Source: Bacteroidota bacterium
GTDB lineage: Bacteria; Bacteroidota; Bacteroidia; Bacteroidales; F082
DNA length: 64,000 bases
Direction of reading: 5' to 3'
Assembly: GCA_947505205.1 (NCBI GenBank)
Contig: CANNKD010000001.1
Location: 15,744-79,743, forward strand
Shown here: positions 49,100-57,617 of the stretch, piece by piece
Position numbering within the stretch: the stretch's first letter is position 1
Layout of the letters: every line of letters starts with the position of its first letter
Made by a program: the position numbers and the translations under genes
Notes under the pieces: model-generated
Databases searched by the model: none
Seen by the model: only the letters and a program-made list of their open reading frames with translations
Told to the model about the DNA's origin: nothing

Positions 49100-50899
49100 T
49101 TAATGCCGAACAATAGTTTTCTTTGTGCTGTTGTTCCCAGTTGAAATTACGTGCAGCAGATACATGCCTTCTGCATAGTTCGTGCTGTTGATTGTAATCA
49201 TCTGTCCCGGATGAGTATTAACGAAATCCCCTGAATACATTATCCGGCCTGTAACATCGGTGATGGTCAGGTTTATCGCTCCTTTTGCACTGTCGCCGAA
49301 TAGAATGTTGATCTGATCATTTGCCGGAACGGGATAAATGCTGTAGTCAAACTCTTTGTTTTCAGTAACCGAAACCATACTTAATGAAGCCTTATTGGAA
49401 TAAACAACTGAATAATCGGTATCTCGCATACCAGTATCGCATCCCGCAAGATTGACGATACTTACCGTATAGGTAATTTCTCCGGAAGGTGCGTTGAAAT
49501 CGGTAAATGAATTGAAACTGGAAGAAACGGTGGCAATCTGCTCATAATTTCCTGATCCTGATTTACGAAGAATGTTATAGGATGAATAGTCAAATCCTAT
49601 ATATGGTGTCCAGATCAGGTTCCAACTGTTGTTTACACCCTGGCTGATCGTCAGGTGTATTGTCTGGTGGTAATCGCCTGCCGGGAATACCCTATCTTCA
49701 GCATCTCTGAATCCTATTTTGTAACGGTAAGGTCTCATTGCAGGGATGGAGCTATAGTCAGTAACCATTGACATATCTTCATAACTTACTGTGTCAATTA
49801 CCTCATAAACATTGGCTTCATCCGTTTCCTTGTATATAAGGAAATCGGAGATGAGATCGGAAACAGGCTTTTCCCAAATAATTACATTATAGTTTGTCAG
49901 GCTGTCGACCGATACCACGCAAACCGGGGTTTCGGGGTAAGCCATAATTGTAAAGGCTGCACTGGTATCATTGGCTGAAAATGCGTAACCATCAGCGATC
50001 TGGATAAGACATTCTTCTGAATTCACATTTGGTGTAGTCCATTCAAAACTCCCTGAATTTCCCTGGTTACTGCCATTACCTATAAACTCCCATGTTTCAC
50101 CGTTGTCCGAGGAGAAATACAGGGCGGTAACGGGTGAATATGGGTTTTCGACAGTCCAGGTAATTGTGAAGGGGCTGAAGGTATTGACGATTTCACCGCC
50201 TGTGGGCGAGGTCAGGTTATAAACCGGTAAGGGACTGATTTGAAAGACTTCACTTAGCCCATACTGAGAGGGATTTTCGGTATTGTATAATTTAAGGATA
50301 CACGCAACTTGAGGGGTGTCAGATAAATTAAGATATGTATAATTCGATGATGCATTCATATTTTGAGCGACAGGAGTATAGGTCTGACCGTTATCAAATG
50401 AAATATCAGCATTGAGAAGTGTGATACCTGTAACGTTCAGAATCCAGTAAACCTGATTAAGCGAGTTTGCAAAAACTGCTGAATTGGCAGATGGTTCCCA
50501 TATGAAGATTGGTGGAAGGTAAACAGTAAAGGGCGCATTGCTTACATCGCTGACTGCAGGATTAGCCAAGTCGGAGATTCTAAGTACAGCATAGGATGTT
50601 GAAGTATTGGGAACCCCAACCGAAGCATTGCCTCCATTTGGTCCGGAAGGAACTTCGCCAAAATACCACCAGTTGGTTCCGCCATCATAGGAAAATTCGA
50701 TAGTTACCACACTGTTGAGGTTTTGACCTGTCCAGGTGGCTATTTCAACATTACCTACAGTCCATATCTCTCCTCCGTTCGGTGTTTGAATGGTCAGCGT
50801 CTGAGCCATGGCCGGTGCGCTGAAAGCTGTAGTTAATATAAACATTCCGAAAATCAAAGATTTAAGAAGCTTTGTAATTCGGATACTATATGTTTCCAT
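49100..50899 (-). CDS. Secreted T9SS cargo protein with three Asp-box-containing Ig-like modules and a C-terminal sorting domain
   Basis: Signal peptide ...APAMAQT. Repeated P-x-GGEI modules, each with an SxDxGxTW-like Asp-box. The last ~80 aa, YPVPANDQINILF...GMYLLHVIS...KKTIVRH, are typical of a T9SS CTD. Confidence 0.8.
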   Translation of the reverse strand: METYSIRITKLLKSLIFGMFILTTAFSAPAMAQTLTIQTPNGGEIWTVGNVEIATWTGQNLNSVVTIEFSYDGGTNWWYFGEVPSGPNGGNASVGVPNTSTSYAVLRISDLANPAVSDVSNAPFTVYLPPIFIWEPSANSAVFANSLNQVYWILNVTGITLLNADISFDNGQTYTPVAQNMNASSNYTYLNLSDTPQVACILKLYNTENPSQYGLSEVFQISPLPVYNLTSPTGGEIVNTFSPFTITWTVENPYSPVTALYFSSDNGETWEFIGNGSNQGNSGSFEWTTPNVNSEECLIQIADGYAFSANDTSAAFTIMAYPETPVCVVSVDSLTNYNVIIWEKPVSDLISDFLIYKETDEANVYEVIDTVSYEDMSMVTDYSSIPAMRPYRYKIGFRDAEDRVFPAGDYHQTIHLTISQGVNNSWNLIWTPYIGFDYSSYNILRKSGSGNYEQIATVSSSFNSFTDFNAPSGEITYTVSIVNLAGCDTGMRDTDYSVVYSNKASLSMVSVTENKEFDYSIYPVPANDQINILFGDSAKGAINLTITDVTGRIMYSGDFVNTHPGQMITINSTNYAEGMYLLHVISTGNNSTKKTIVRH

Positions 50900-50927
50900 T
50901 GTTTTAAGTTTTAAATTATGTGTTAAA

Positions 50928-50935
50928 CAAATTTA
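50928..50935 (-). promoter_or_regulatory. -7 promoter element TAaaTTTG (minus strand)
   Basis: Plus strand reads CAAAttTA, 29 nt upstream of ATG 50899. Confidence 0.35.
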
Positions 50936-51432
50936 ATTGAAATAATGTTCAAAGCACATTTTAAGAATTTTGAATCAATGCCTATTAGGTAGGGCAGATT
51001 TGTGATTTCTTAGCGACATCCTGTCTTCCGCCGGGCAGGTTTGGGTAAGAACTTTAGTGATTAGAAATCCTTTACCAATCTGGGCTTTGCCGGACAGTGC
51101 ATTAATCATCACATTTGATGTCAAATTTTTGGTTGAAGAGTAATCAAAAAAAAATATTTGGAAATGTCACTTTCCAAAGGTTAAATTTTGGTAGTCAAAA
51201 AAAAAGGATCGGGTCATTATTGTTTATCTTTTGTAAAAAAAAGGAATAAAAATATGTGATATTTTGGCTTAAAACGACCATTAAAAAATATTTTTCAACA
51301 ATATCTTAAATGAAATAGGTGAGTTTGAAGCAAAGTAAAATTTAAATTTTCACTTTGAAAAGTCGATGAAAATGCATTTATGATTGATAAATATGGTTAA
51401 AAATAGTCCCCTAAAAGTGTCTCAGAAAATGT

Positions 51433-51467
51433 AAAGACCCTGTAAATAATTAATTTACAGGGTCTTT
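51433..51467 (-). terminator. Hairpin immediately downstream of the tRNA
   Basis: 15-bp perfect stem aaagaccctgtaaat / atttacagggtcttt with T-rich flanks on both strands. Confidence 0.5.
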
Positions 51468-51470
51468 TCG

Positions 51471-51544
51471 TAGCGAGACCGAGAGTTGAACTCGGGACCT
51501 CCGGGTTATGAATCCGACGCTCTAACCATCTGAGCTACCTCGCC
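51471..51544 (-). tRNA. tRNA with anticodon CAU (Met or lysidine-modified Ile2; not initiator-like), no encoded CCA
   Basis: Manual cloverleaf: GGCGAGG-TA-GCTC-AGATGGTTA-GAGC-G-TCGGA-TTCATAA-CCCGG-AGGTC-CCGAG-TTCAACT-CTCGG-TCTCGCT-A. D and T arms are perfect. G1-U72, G7-U66 and U27-G43 are wobbles and A31xC39 is a mismatch. Confidence 0.85.
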
Positions 51545-51662
51545 GCATTTTGGAGGCACAAAGGTAGTAATTCTTTGCTTTCCACCAAAAACTGGTAGAA
51601 ATTACTTTTTAATAAAAATCAAGTATTTAACATTTCCTAACATTGCACAATCTAAGAATGTT

Positions 51663-51670
51663 TAAATTTG
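51663..51670 (+). promoter_or_regulatory. -7 promoter element TAaaTTTG
   Basis: TAnnTTTG, 32 nt upstream of ATG 51702. Confidence 0.4.
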
Positions 51671-51701
51671 CGCAATAATTTATAAAATCTATTCACGAAA
51701 A

Positions 51702-52169
51702 ATGATTAAAATGAAAAATTTGATTCTTGCAATTGGTTTTCTGATAAGCACTACATCAGTAATATTTGCACAAGATGTAAAACCTGCAGATGCAAATCCT
51801 AATGGCCCTGAAATTACTTTTACAGACATTGTACATGACTATGGTAATGTAAAACTAAATGGCGATGGCACTTGTGAATTTGAATTCACCAATACTGGTA
51901 ATGAACCATTGATTCTTCAACGCCCGAAATCTTCTTGCGGTTGTACTGTTCCAACCTGGCCTAATCAACCAATTTTACCAGGTGAAAAGGATAAGATTAA
52001 AGTTACTTACAACACTTCAAAAGCTGGCTCATTTAACAAAACTGTTACTGTAACTTCAAATGCTAAGGTAAATAATAATATTGTTTTGCGCATAAAAGGA
52101 ACTGTTGTTGTTCCTGCTGACGAAGCCTTGCCTGAAAAAAAGAATGATCTTGCTCCTGCAGTTAAGTAA
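51702..52169 (+). CDS. DUF1573 domain-containing secreted protein
   Basis: Signal peptide plus the hallmark FEFTNTGNEPLILQRPKSSCGCTVP. Confidence 0.8.
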   Translation: MIKMKNLILAIGFLISTTSVIFAQDVKPADANPNGPEITFTDIVHDYGNVKLNGDGTCEFEFTNTGNEPLILQRPKSSCGCTVPTWPNQPILPGEKDKIKVTYNTSKAGSFNKTVTVTSNAKVNNNIVLRIKGTVVVPADEALPEKKNDLAPAVK

Positions 52170-52186
52170 TTGAAAATATGTTTATT

Positions 52187-52213
52187 AGACCGGCTAAGTT
52201 AGCCGGTCTTTTT
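52187..52213 (+). terminator. Rho-independent terminator
   Basis: agaccggct / agccggtct 9-bp stem, 5-nt loop, T5 run. Confidence 0.72.
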
Positions 52214-52230
52214 GTTTAAATATCATTTAT

Positions 52231-53430
52231 ATGCCAAGTATTTCTAAAAAGGGTAGGACAATGCCCGAATCACCAATCCGAAAATTGGTGCCTTTTGCTG
52301 ACAAGGCAAAACTGCGGGGAATGAAAGTTTATCATTTAAACATCGGTCAACCCGACATTAAAACGCCTGAAATTGCTTTGGATGCTGTTCGTAACTTTAG
52401 TGCCAAAGTGGTCGAATATAGTCATTCAGCGGGAATACCATCCTACCGAAAAAAACTTGCTGAATATTATAAAAAACATGATATTTTCATTACTGCAGAC
52501 GATATAATTATTGGAGCAGGTGCTTCTGAAGCCTTGTTATTCGCCTTTCAATCGATCATGGATCCGGGTGATGAAGTGATTATTCCAGAACCTTTTTACG
52601 CTAATTACAATGGTTTTGCCGTTAATTCGGGCATAGTCGTAACACCAATTTTTTCGTCCATTGATACTGGTTTTGCTTTGCCTCCGATTGCTGATTTCGA
52701 GAAATCAATAACAACTCGTACAAAAGCAATTTTAGTTTGCAATCCGAATAATCCAACTGGTTATTTGTATTCTAAAGAAGAACTTGAAACATTGCGTCAA
52801 TTGGTTATTAAGCATGATTTGTACTTGATTGCTGATGAGGTTTATCGTGAGTTTTGTTACGACGGACATCAACATTATTCGTGCATGCATCTTGAAGGAA
52901 TTGATAATAATACGATATTAATTGATTCTATTTCAAAACGTTATAGTGCTTGTGGTATGCGTGTTGGTTGTATGATTTCAAAAAATAAGGAATTGATTCA
53001 AACCGCACTAAAATTTGCTCAGGCACGTCTGAGTCCTCCCACATTCGGGCAAATTGCTGCCGAAGCTGCCATTGATACGCCTGATGAATATTTTACTGAA
53101 GTTTTGAATGAATATTTGATGCGACGCAATGTGGTTGTTGAGGCAATCAATAAAATGCCGGGTTGCTTTTGCCCAAATCCAAAAGGTGCTTTCTATGTGG
53201 TTGCCCGCCTACCCATTGACGATTCTGATAGATTTTGTCAATGGTTGCTCGAGGATTTTGATTTCGAGAAACAAACTGTAATGTTGGCTCCAGCAAGTGG
53301 ATTTTATTCGACTAAAGGGCGCGGAAAAGACGAAGTGAGAATCAGTTATGTATTGAATGTAAGTGATTTAGCACAATCGATGAAAGTTTTGAGTGAAGCT
53401 TTGAAAGTGTATCCCGGAAAAACTTTGTAA
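52231..53430 (+). CDS. PLP-dependent aminotransferase, class I (aspartate/aromatic type)
   Basis: SPIRKL N-terminal motif, NPNNPTG, PLP-lysine context SISKRYSACGMRVG. 399 aa. Confidence 0.9.
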   Translation: MPSISKKGRTMPESPIRKLVPFADKAKLRGMKVYHLNIGQPDIKTPEIALDAVRNFSAKVVEYSHSAGIPSYRKKLAEYYKKHDIFITADDIIIGAGASEALLFAFQSIMDPGDEVIIPEPFYANYNGFAVNSGIVVTPIFSSIDTGFALPPIADFEKSITTRTKAILVCNPNNPTGYLYSKEELETLRQLVIKHDLYLIADEVYREFCYDGHQHYSCMHLEGIDNNTILIDSISKRYSACGMRVGCMISKNKELIQTALKFAQARLSPPTFGQIAAEAAIDTPDEYFTEVLNEYLMRRNVVVEAINKMPGCFCPNPKGAFYVVARLPIDDSDRFCQWLLEDFDFEKQTVMLAPASGFYSTKGRGKDEVRISYVLNVSDLAQSMKVLSEALKVYPGKTL

Positions 53431-53446
53431 CTTACTGATTGAATTC

Positions 53447-54643
53447 TTAAAAATCAGGATAAATAAGATATTTACTTCTGATTTTTTTAAATGTTTCAAT
53501 ACCGGGTTTCCAGCTTATTCTTATTTCTTCAATCGATTTCCCTGCTTTAATGTCTTCTCTAAGTTGTTCACTTCCAGTAAGTTTATCAAAATATTTATTA
53601 AAGAATAATAGTTTTGGCGAAAGAGTATTGTAGCATTCAATCAGCCACTTTAACTCAATTTGTTCTAGGTTTTTGGTATAATTTTCGGCGTAATCAATTA
53701 AATTTTTACCTAAACAATTTTCACCTTCCAATAGCACGTTTTTGCCAATTGGCGTAAAGTTGAACGATCCCTGAATATAATCAGGATGACCAAAAACATG
53801 AAATGGAAAACCTGTTCCACGACCAACACTCACGATGGTTCCTTCAAACAGGCACAAAGAAGGATATAGATAGATTGCCTGCCAGTCGCGGAGATTTGGC
53901 GAAGGTGGAATGGGTAAAGATACAATTTCTTTTCTGTTGTACGATTCTAGCGGAATAATTTTCAAATCACATTTCAAGTTGTTCGGAAGCCAGTTTTCAC
54001 CATTCACCATCATTGCATATTCTCCAATCGTCATTCCATAAACAATAGGAACAGGATGCATGCCAACAAATGACCGAAAATTGGTATCCAACACTGGACC
54101 ATCAATATAAAATCCGTTTGGATTTGGGCGGTCCAGCACGATTAACCTGACATTGTTTTCGGCGCAAGCCTCCATCATGAAAGTCAATGTCGAAATATAT
54201 GTGTAAAACCGAACGCCAACATCTTGTAAATCAAAGATAATAACATCTATATTTGATAAATCTTCCGCAGTTGGCTTGTTTTTGTTTCCATAAAGCGAAA
54301 TTATTGGTGCAGTCGTTCTGGCGTCTTTTTCATCCGCAACAGTTCCTCCGGCCTCAACGTTTCCACGGTAACCATGTTCAGGAGTGTAGATTTTTTTAAT
54401 GTTAATTCCAAGTGAAAACAAACTATCAACAAGATGTGTTTTCGAAATATACGAAGCTTGATTTGCTACGATTCCAATTCTTTTTCCTTGAATATCAGGT
54501 AAATATAATTCTAACCGGGCATTTCCATAATTCAATTCACTCGCTTGTTTCATAAGAGTTTCCTGGGAAATTATTTTTCCAGAACAAGCTTGCAATACGA
54601 TGAAAAAGCAGTTAAAAAACCAAATTATGTAGCGCGAAGCCAT
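53447..54643 (-). CDS. DUF1343 / NamZ-family exo-beta-N-acetylmuramidase-like lipoprotein
   Basis: Lipobox ...VLQAC. The family pattern (GIVANQAS, PEHGYRG, FDLQDVGVRFYTY, VLDRPNP) matches DUF1343. Confidence 0.82.
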   Translation of the reverse strand: MASRYIIWFFNCFFIVLQACSGKIISQETLMKQASELNYGNARLELYLPDIQGKRIGIVANQASYISKTHLVDSLFSLGINIKKIYTPEHGYRGNVEAGGTVADEKDARTTAPIISLYGNKNKPTAEDLSNIDVIIFDLQDVGVRFYTYISTLTFMMEACAENNVRLIVLDRPNPNGFYIDGPVLDTNFRSFVGMHPVPIVYGMTIGEYAMMVNGENWLPNNLKCDLKIIPLESYNRKEIVSLPIPPSPNLRDWQAIYLYPSLCLFEGTIVSVGRGTGFPFHVFGHPDYIQGSFNFTPIGKNVLLEGENCLGKNLIDYAENYTKNLEQIELKWLIECYNTLSPKLLFFNKYFDKLTGSEQLREDIKAGKSIEEIRISWKPGIETFKKIRSKYLIYPDF

Positions 54644-54651
54644 ACATTCTA

Positions 54652-54659
54652 TATTTTTG
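54652..54659 (+). promoter_or_regulatory. -7 promoter element TAttTTTG
   Basis: TAnnTTTG, 17 nt upstream of ATG 54676. Confidence 0.4.
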
Positions 54660-54675
54660 CAATGATACTATAAAA

Positions 54676-55902
54676 ATGAGACTTGCTTCCTATATTGCTT
54701 CCAGAATTTTTTCAAATTCGAATCAACACCTGTCATCTCCGATTATCCGTATCGCCGTTTTGAGCGTTGCTACCGGAATAGCTGTGATGATTATTTCTAT
54801 CGCGATTGTTGTTGGTTTCAAAAACCAAATTCGCGATAAAGTAATTGGGTTCATCGCTCCGATAAAGGTTGAAGTTTTAGATAATAATGCTTCTCTGGAG
54901 TCAAAGCCATTGACTTATTCACCTGATTTGAAGGATATTATTGATCAAATTGAAGGTATTTCGCATGCTCAGGGCGTGATTTTTAAACCTACATTGGTTA
55001 AAACCGGTGATCAGATACAAGGAATAGTTTTAAAAGGTGTTGGTAGCGATTATGATTGGAAATATTTCGAAGATAAATTGGTTAAGGGTGAAATTCCTGA
55101 TATTCAAGATACTACAAAGACTGATCAGGTTTTAATTTCAAAAAAAATTGCCAGCAAGCTTTTATTGAAAGTCGGCGATCCAATGCGTTGTTGGTTTGTT
55201 TCATCCGACCAAACGCAAGCACGCGGACGTAAATTATTCGTAAGTGGTATTTATGAAACCGGATTGCTCGAATTTGATCAGGTCTATGCTTTTGCCGATG
55301 TAAAACATCTTCAAAAATTGAATAATTGGTCTGATAATCAATATAGTACTATTGAAGTTTTGATTAATAATATCAAAGATGCCGGTATAATTAATGATCG
55401 TTTGTATAACGAATTACCAGTTGATTTAGTTTCTAAAACCGTGCGTGAACAATTTCCACAGATTTTTGATTGGCTCGATTTGCAAGATATGAATGTGATT
55501 ATTATCATTGTTTTAATGATTCTCGTTTCGGGTATCACGATGATTGGTACATTGCTGATTATCATTCTTGAACGAACATCGATGATAGGATTATTGAAAG
55601 CACTTGGAGCAACTAACCATTTGATAAGAAGTATTTTCCATTCATTATCATTATCTATTTTGCTTCGTGGATTGGTGATTGGAAATCTTGTTGGTATCGG
55701 TTTTTGTATATTACAGTCAAAGTTTGGGATAATTAAACTTCCCACCGACTCCTATTATCTATCAGAAGTGCCGATAGATTTAACTTTCTGGCAAATTTTG
55801 AGTGTCAATGTTGGTACATTAATCCTTTGGGCGATAATGCTTTATATTCCGGTTACGATCATCAACCGCATTAACCCTTCCAAATCTATTCGTTTCGATT
55901 AA
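54676..55902 (+). CDS. FtsX-like ABC transporter permease (LolC/LolE family)
   Basis: N-terminal TM, large periplasmic MacB-like domain, C-terminal three-TM FtsX domain. 408 aa. Confidence 0.85.
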   Translation: MRLASYIASRIFSNSNQHLSSPIIRIAVLSVATGIAVMIISIAIVVGFKNQIRDKVIGFIAPIKVEVLDNNASLESKPLTYSPDLKDIIDQIEGISHAQGVIFKPTLVKTGDQIQGIVLKGVGSDYDWKYFEDKLVKGEIPDIQDTTKTDQVLISKKIASKLLLKVGDPMRCWFVSSDQTQARGRKLFVSGIYETGLLEFDQVYAFADVKHLQKLNNWSDNQYSTIEVLINNIKDAGIINDRLYNELPVDLVSKTVREQFPQIFDWLDLQDMNVIIIIVLMILVSGITMIGTLLIIILERTSMIGLLKALGATNHLIRSIFHSLSLSILLRGLVIGNLVGIGFCILQSKFGIIKLPTDSYYLSEVPIDLTFWQILSVNVGTLILWAIMLYIPVTIINRINPSKSIRFD

Positions 55903-55982
55903 TAAATATTTATTTCAAAAAATACTTGGTTTATTTTCAATTCTGAATTACATTTAGCCTTTGAAATTTAACCGAAACGAAA

Positions 55983-56438
55983 ATGAATTCCAATTTGTTG
56001 ATAATTGAACCCTTAATTGGCTACGGAGACCTTAAATTTGGTCAAACTATTGATGATGTGGTTGGTATTTTGGGTGATGCTGAAGAGATCGACCAGATTG
56101 ATGATGACGATACCATGAATACTGTTATTCTTCATTACTGGGATTATGGTATTTCAGTATTTTTTGAAGGTGTCGAAAAATCAGTTGTTTCTTGCATCGA
56201 AACAGATCATATGGATTCGGAATTGTTTGGTAAAAAAGTATTTGATTTAACTAAGGATCAAGTCATTGAATTGATGAAGGCGCATGGTTTTGTCGAATAT
56301 GAGCTTGAGATGGAAGAAGGTGAAAATAGACTTTCCTTTGAGGATGGTTTGATTGATTTTTTCTATAAAGGAGAAGAATTGATCGCAGTGAGTTGGGGTG
56401 TTTTAATAAATGAAAAGGGTGAAATCGAACAGTTTTAA
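55983..56438 (+). CDS. Hypothetical acidic cytoplasmic protein
   Basis: 151-aa ORF with coding-like composition and no recognisable motif. Its stop abuts the xerD stop (convergent, 0-nt spacer). Confidence 0.5.
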   Translation: MNSNLLIIEPLIGYGDLKFGQTIDDVVGILGDAEEIDQIDDDDTMNTVILHYWDYGISVFFEGVEKSVVSCIETDHMDSELFGKKVFDLTKDQVIELMKAHGFVEYELEMEEGENRLSFEDGLIDFFYKGEELIAVSWGVLINEKGEIEQF

Positions 56439-57350
56439 TCAGTGCTTCAATGACCTTGGATGATAACTTATAATGGTTTCCCTAAGAAATTCTCGATTGA
56501 TATGTGTGTAAATTTCAGTGGTTGTGATACTTACATGTCCCAACATTTGCTGCACAGCCCTTAAATCAGCACCACCTTCCAGTAAATGTGTTGCAAAGGA
56601 ATGCCTGAGAGTATGCGGGCTAATGGTTTTTTTTATGCCAGCATCATTTGCAATCTTTTTTACGATAAGAAAAACCATCTGACGACTTAATCCTTTGCCT
56701 CTGTCAGTTAAAAAAACAATATCACTCGATTTTCTGTCAACCGATATGTGATTTCTTTCTTCCGTAATATATTGATTTATAAGTTTTAATGTTTGATTAC
56801 CAATTGGAATTAATCTTTCCTTGTCGCCTTTTCCAATAATTCTCACAAATCCATCGTGCTGAAAAATATTGCTGATTTTAAGACTAATTAGTTCCGAAAC
56901 CCTTAATCCACAACCATACATCGTTTCAATAATGGTTTTATTCCGGAAACTATTTTTCTGGCTTAAGTCGATACAATTCAACATCATTACTATTTCATCA
57001 AAACTGAGAACTTCGGGTAGCTTTCGTCCCAAACTTGGTGAAGTTATTAGGGCAGTTGGATCATTGTTTATCAGTTCTTCAGAAATCAGATAGTTGAAAA
57101 AAGATCTTAAACCTGACAAAATACGTGCTTGTGACTGAGCACTAAAACCCAAATCGAACAATTCTTTAACAAAAGCCTGAATATTTCTTTTGTTGATTTT
57201 ATCTAAGTCAAAAACAGTTTCTGTTGAAATAAAATACTGTTTAAGTAATTCTAAATCACGTATATATGCTTCAATTGTATTTTCGGAATGTGATTTTTCA
57301 AGCTTTAGATAAGCGAGATAACCTTTTTGTATGGAAGGTTGAAGTTGCAC
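56439..57350 (-). CDS. xerD: Site-specific tyrosine recombinase XerD/XerC family
   Basis: Catalytic region HTLRHSFATHLLEGGADLRAVQQMLGHVSITTTEIYTH. GTG at 57350 gives about 303 aa. The track ORF's alternative GTG at 57419 adds a hydrophobic 23-aa extension. Confidence 0.88.
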   Translation of the reverse strand: MQLQPSIQKGYLAYLKLEKSHSENTIEAYIRDLELLKQYFISTETVFDLDKINKRNIQAFVKELFDLGFSAQSQARILSGLRSFFNYLISEELINNDPTALITSPSLGRKLPEVLSFDEIVMMLNCIDLSQKNSFRNKTIIETMYGCGLRVSELISLKISNIFQHDGFVRIIGKGDKERLIPIGNQTLKLINQYITEERNHISVDRKSSDIVFLTDRGKGLSRQMVFLIVKKIANDAGIKKTISPHTLRHSFATHLLEGGADLRAVQQMLGHVSITTTEIYTHINREFLRETIISYHPRSLKH

Positions 57351-57429
57351 TTTTTTCGTCCAAATTATATAAAAAAATGCATAGACCTTGAAGAAAAATC
57401 CATGCACTTTTAAACCCACAAATATTTGC

Positions 57430-57606
57430 TTATTTTGGTGCCCAGCAACAACGAATGGGCGAGTGAATTACTTCGCTGTCTTTCAATGTCTTGATTGCTT
57501 TTTCGACATCTTTTTTGTCGATGCCGGTAATCTCAGCTATTTCGCCTGCGCGAAGTGGTTTTTGTGCTGATTTCAGTGTTTCTAAAACTATTTCTTTAGT
57601 TTCCAT
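57430..57606 (-). CDS. Small (58 aa) winged-helix DNA-binding-like protein; not in the supplied ORF track
   Basis: Manual translation: METKEIVLETLKSAQKPLRAGEIAEITGIDKKDVEKAIKTLKDSEVIHSPIRCCWAPK*. ATG lies 11 nt after the DUF1015 stop. HTH-like core GEIAEITGIDKKDVEKAIKTL. Confidence 0.55.
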   Translation of the reverse strand: METKEIVLETLKSAQKPLRAGEIAEITGIDKKDVEKAIKTLKDSEVIHSPIRCCWAPK

Positions 57607-57617
57607 TGTGATTGAAT

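Larger units (their letters stand above)
46412..51470. mobile_element. Candidate decayed integrative element or accessory patch abutting the 3' end of tRNA-CAU
   Basis: Contains an integrase N-terminal remnant, a nonsense-interrupted phosphoesterase, a kinase C-terminal fragment, one intact T9SS cargo gene and long non-coding stretches. No att repeat found. Confidence 0.35.

Noticed and set aside
49100-50899. Elevated GC content of the T9SS gene as evidence of horizontal transfer.
   Set aside because: Spot counts of 60-nt lines gave about 40-45% GC, but recA gave about 45% as well. By-eye counts cannot separate this gene from core genes.
51142-51430. Possible sRNA or small ORF downstream of the tRNA. 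It is bounded by the hairpin tttggaaa-tgtcac-tttccaaa (51157-51178), which has a T-run on the minus strand.
   Set aside because: The only ORFs are 10-28 codons with implausible composition, and the region is A/T homopolymer-rich. The hairpin alone is insufficient support.
57388-57570. 60-aa plus-strand ORF from the track.
   Set aside because: It is antisense to a much more protein-like 58-aa wHTH ORF (57430-57606, minus strand) that fits the operon structure.
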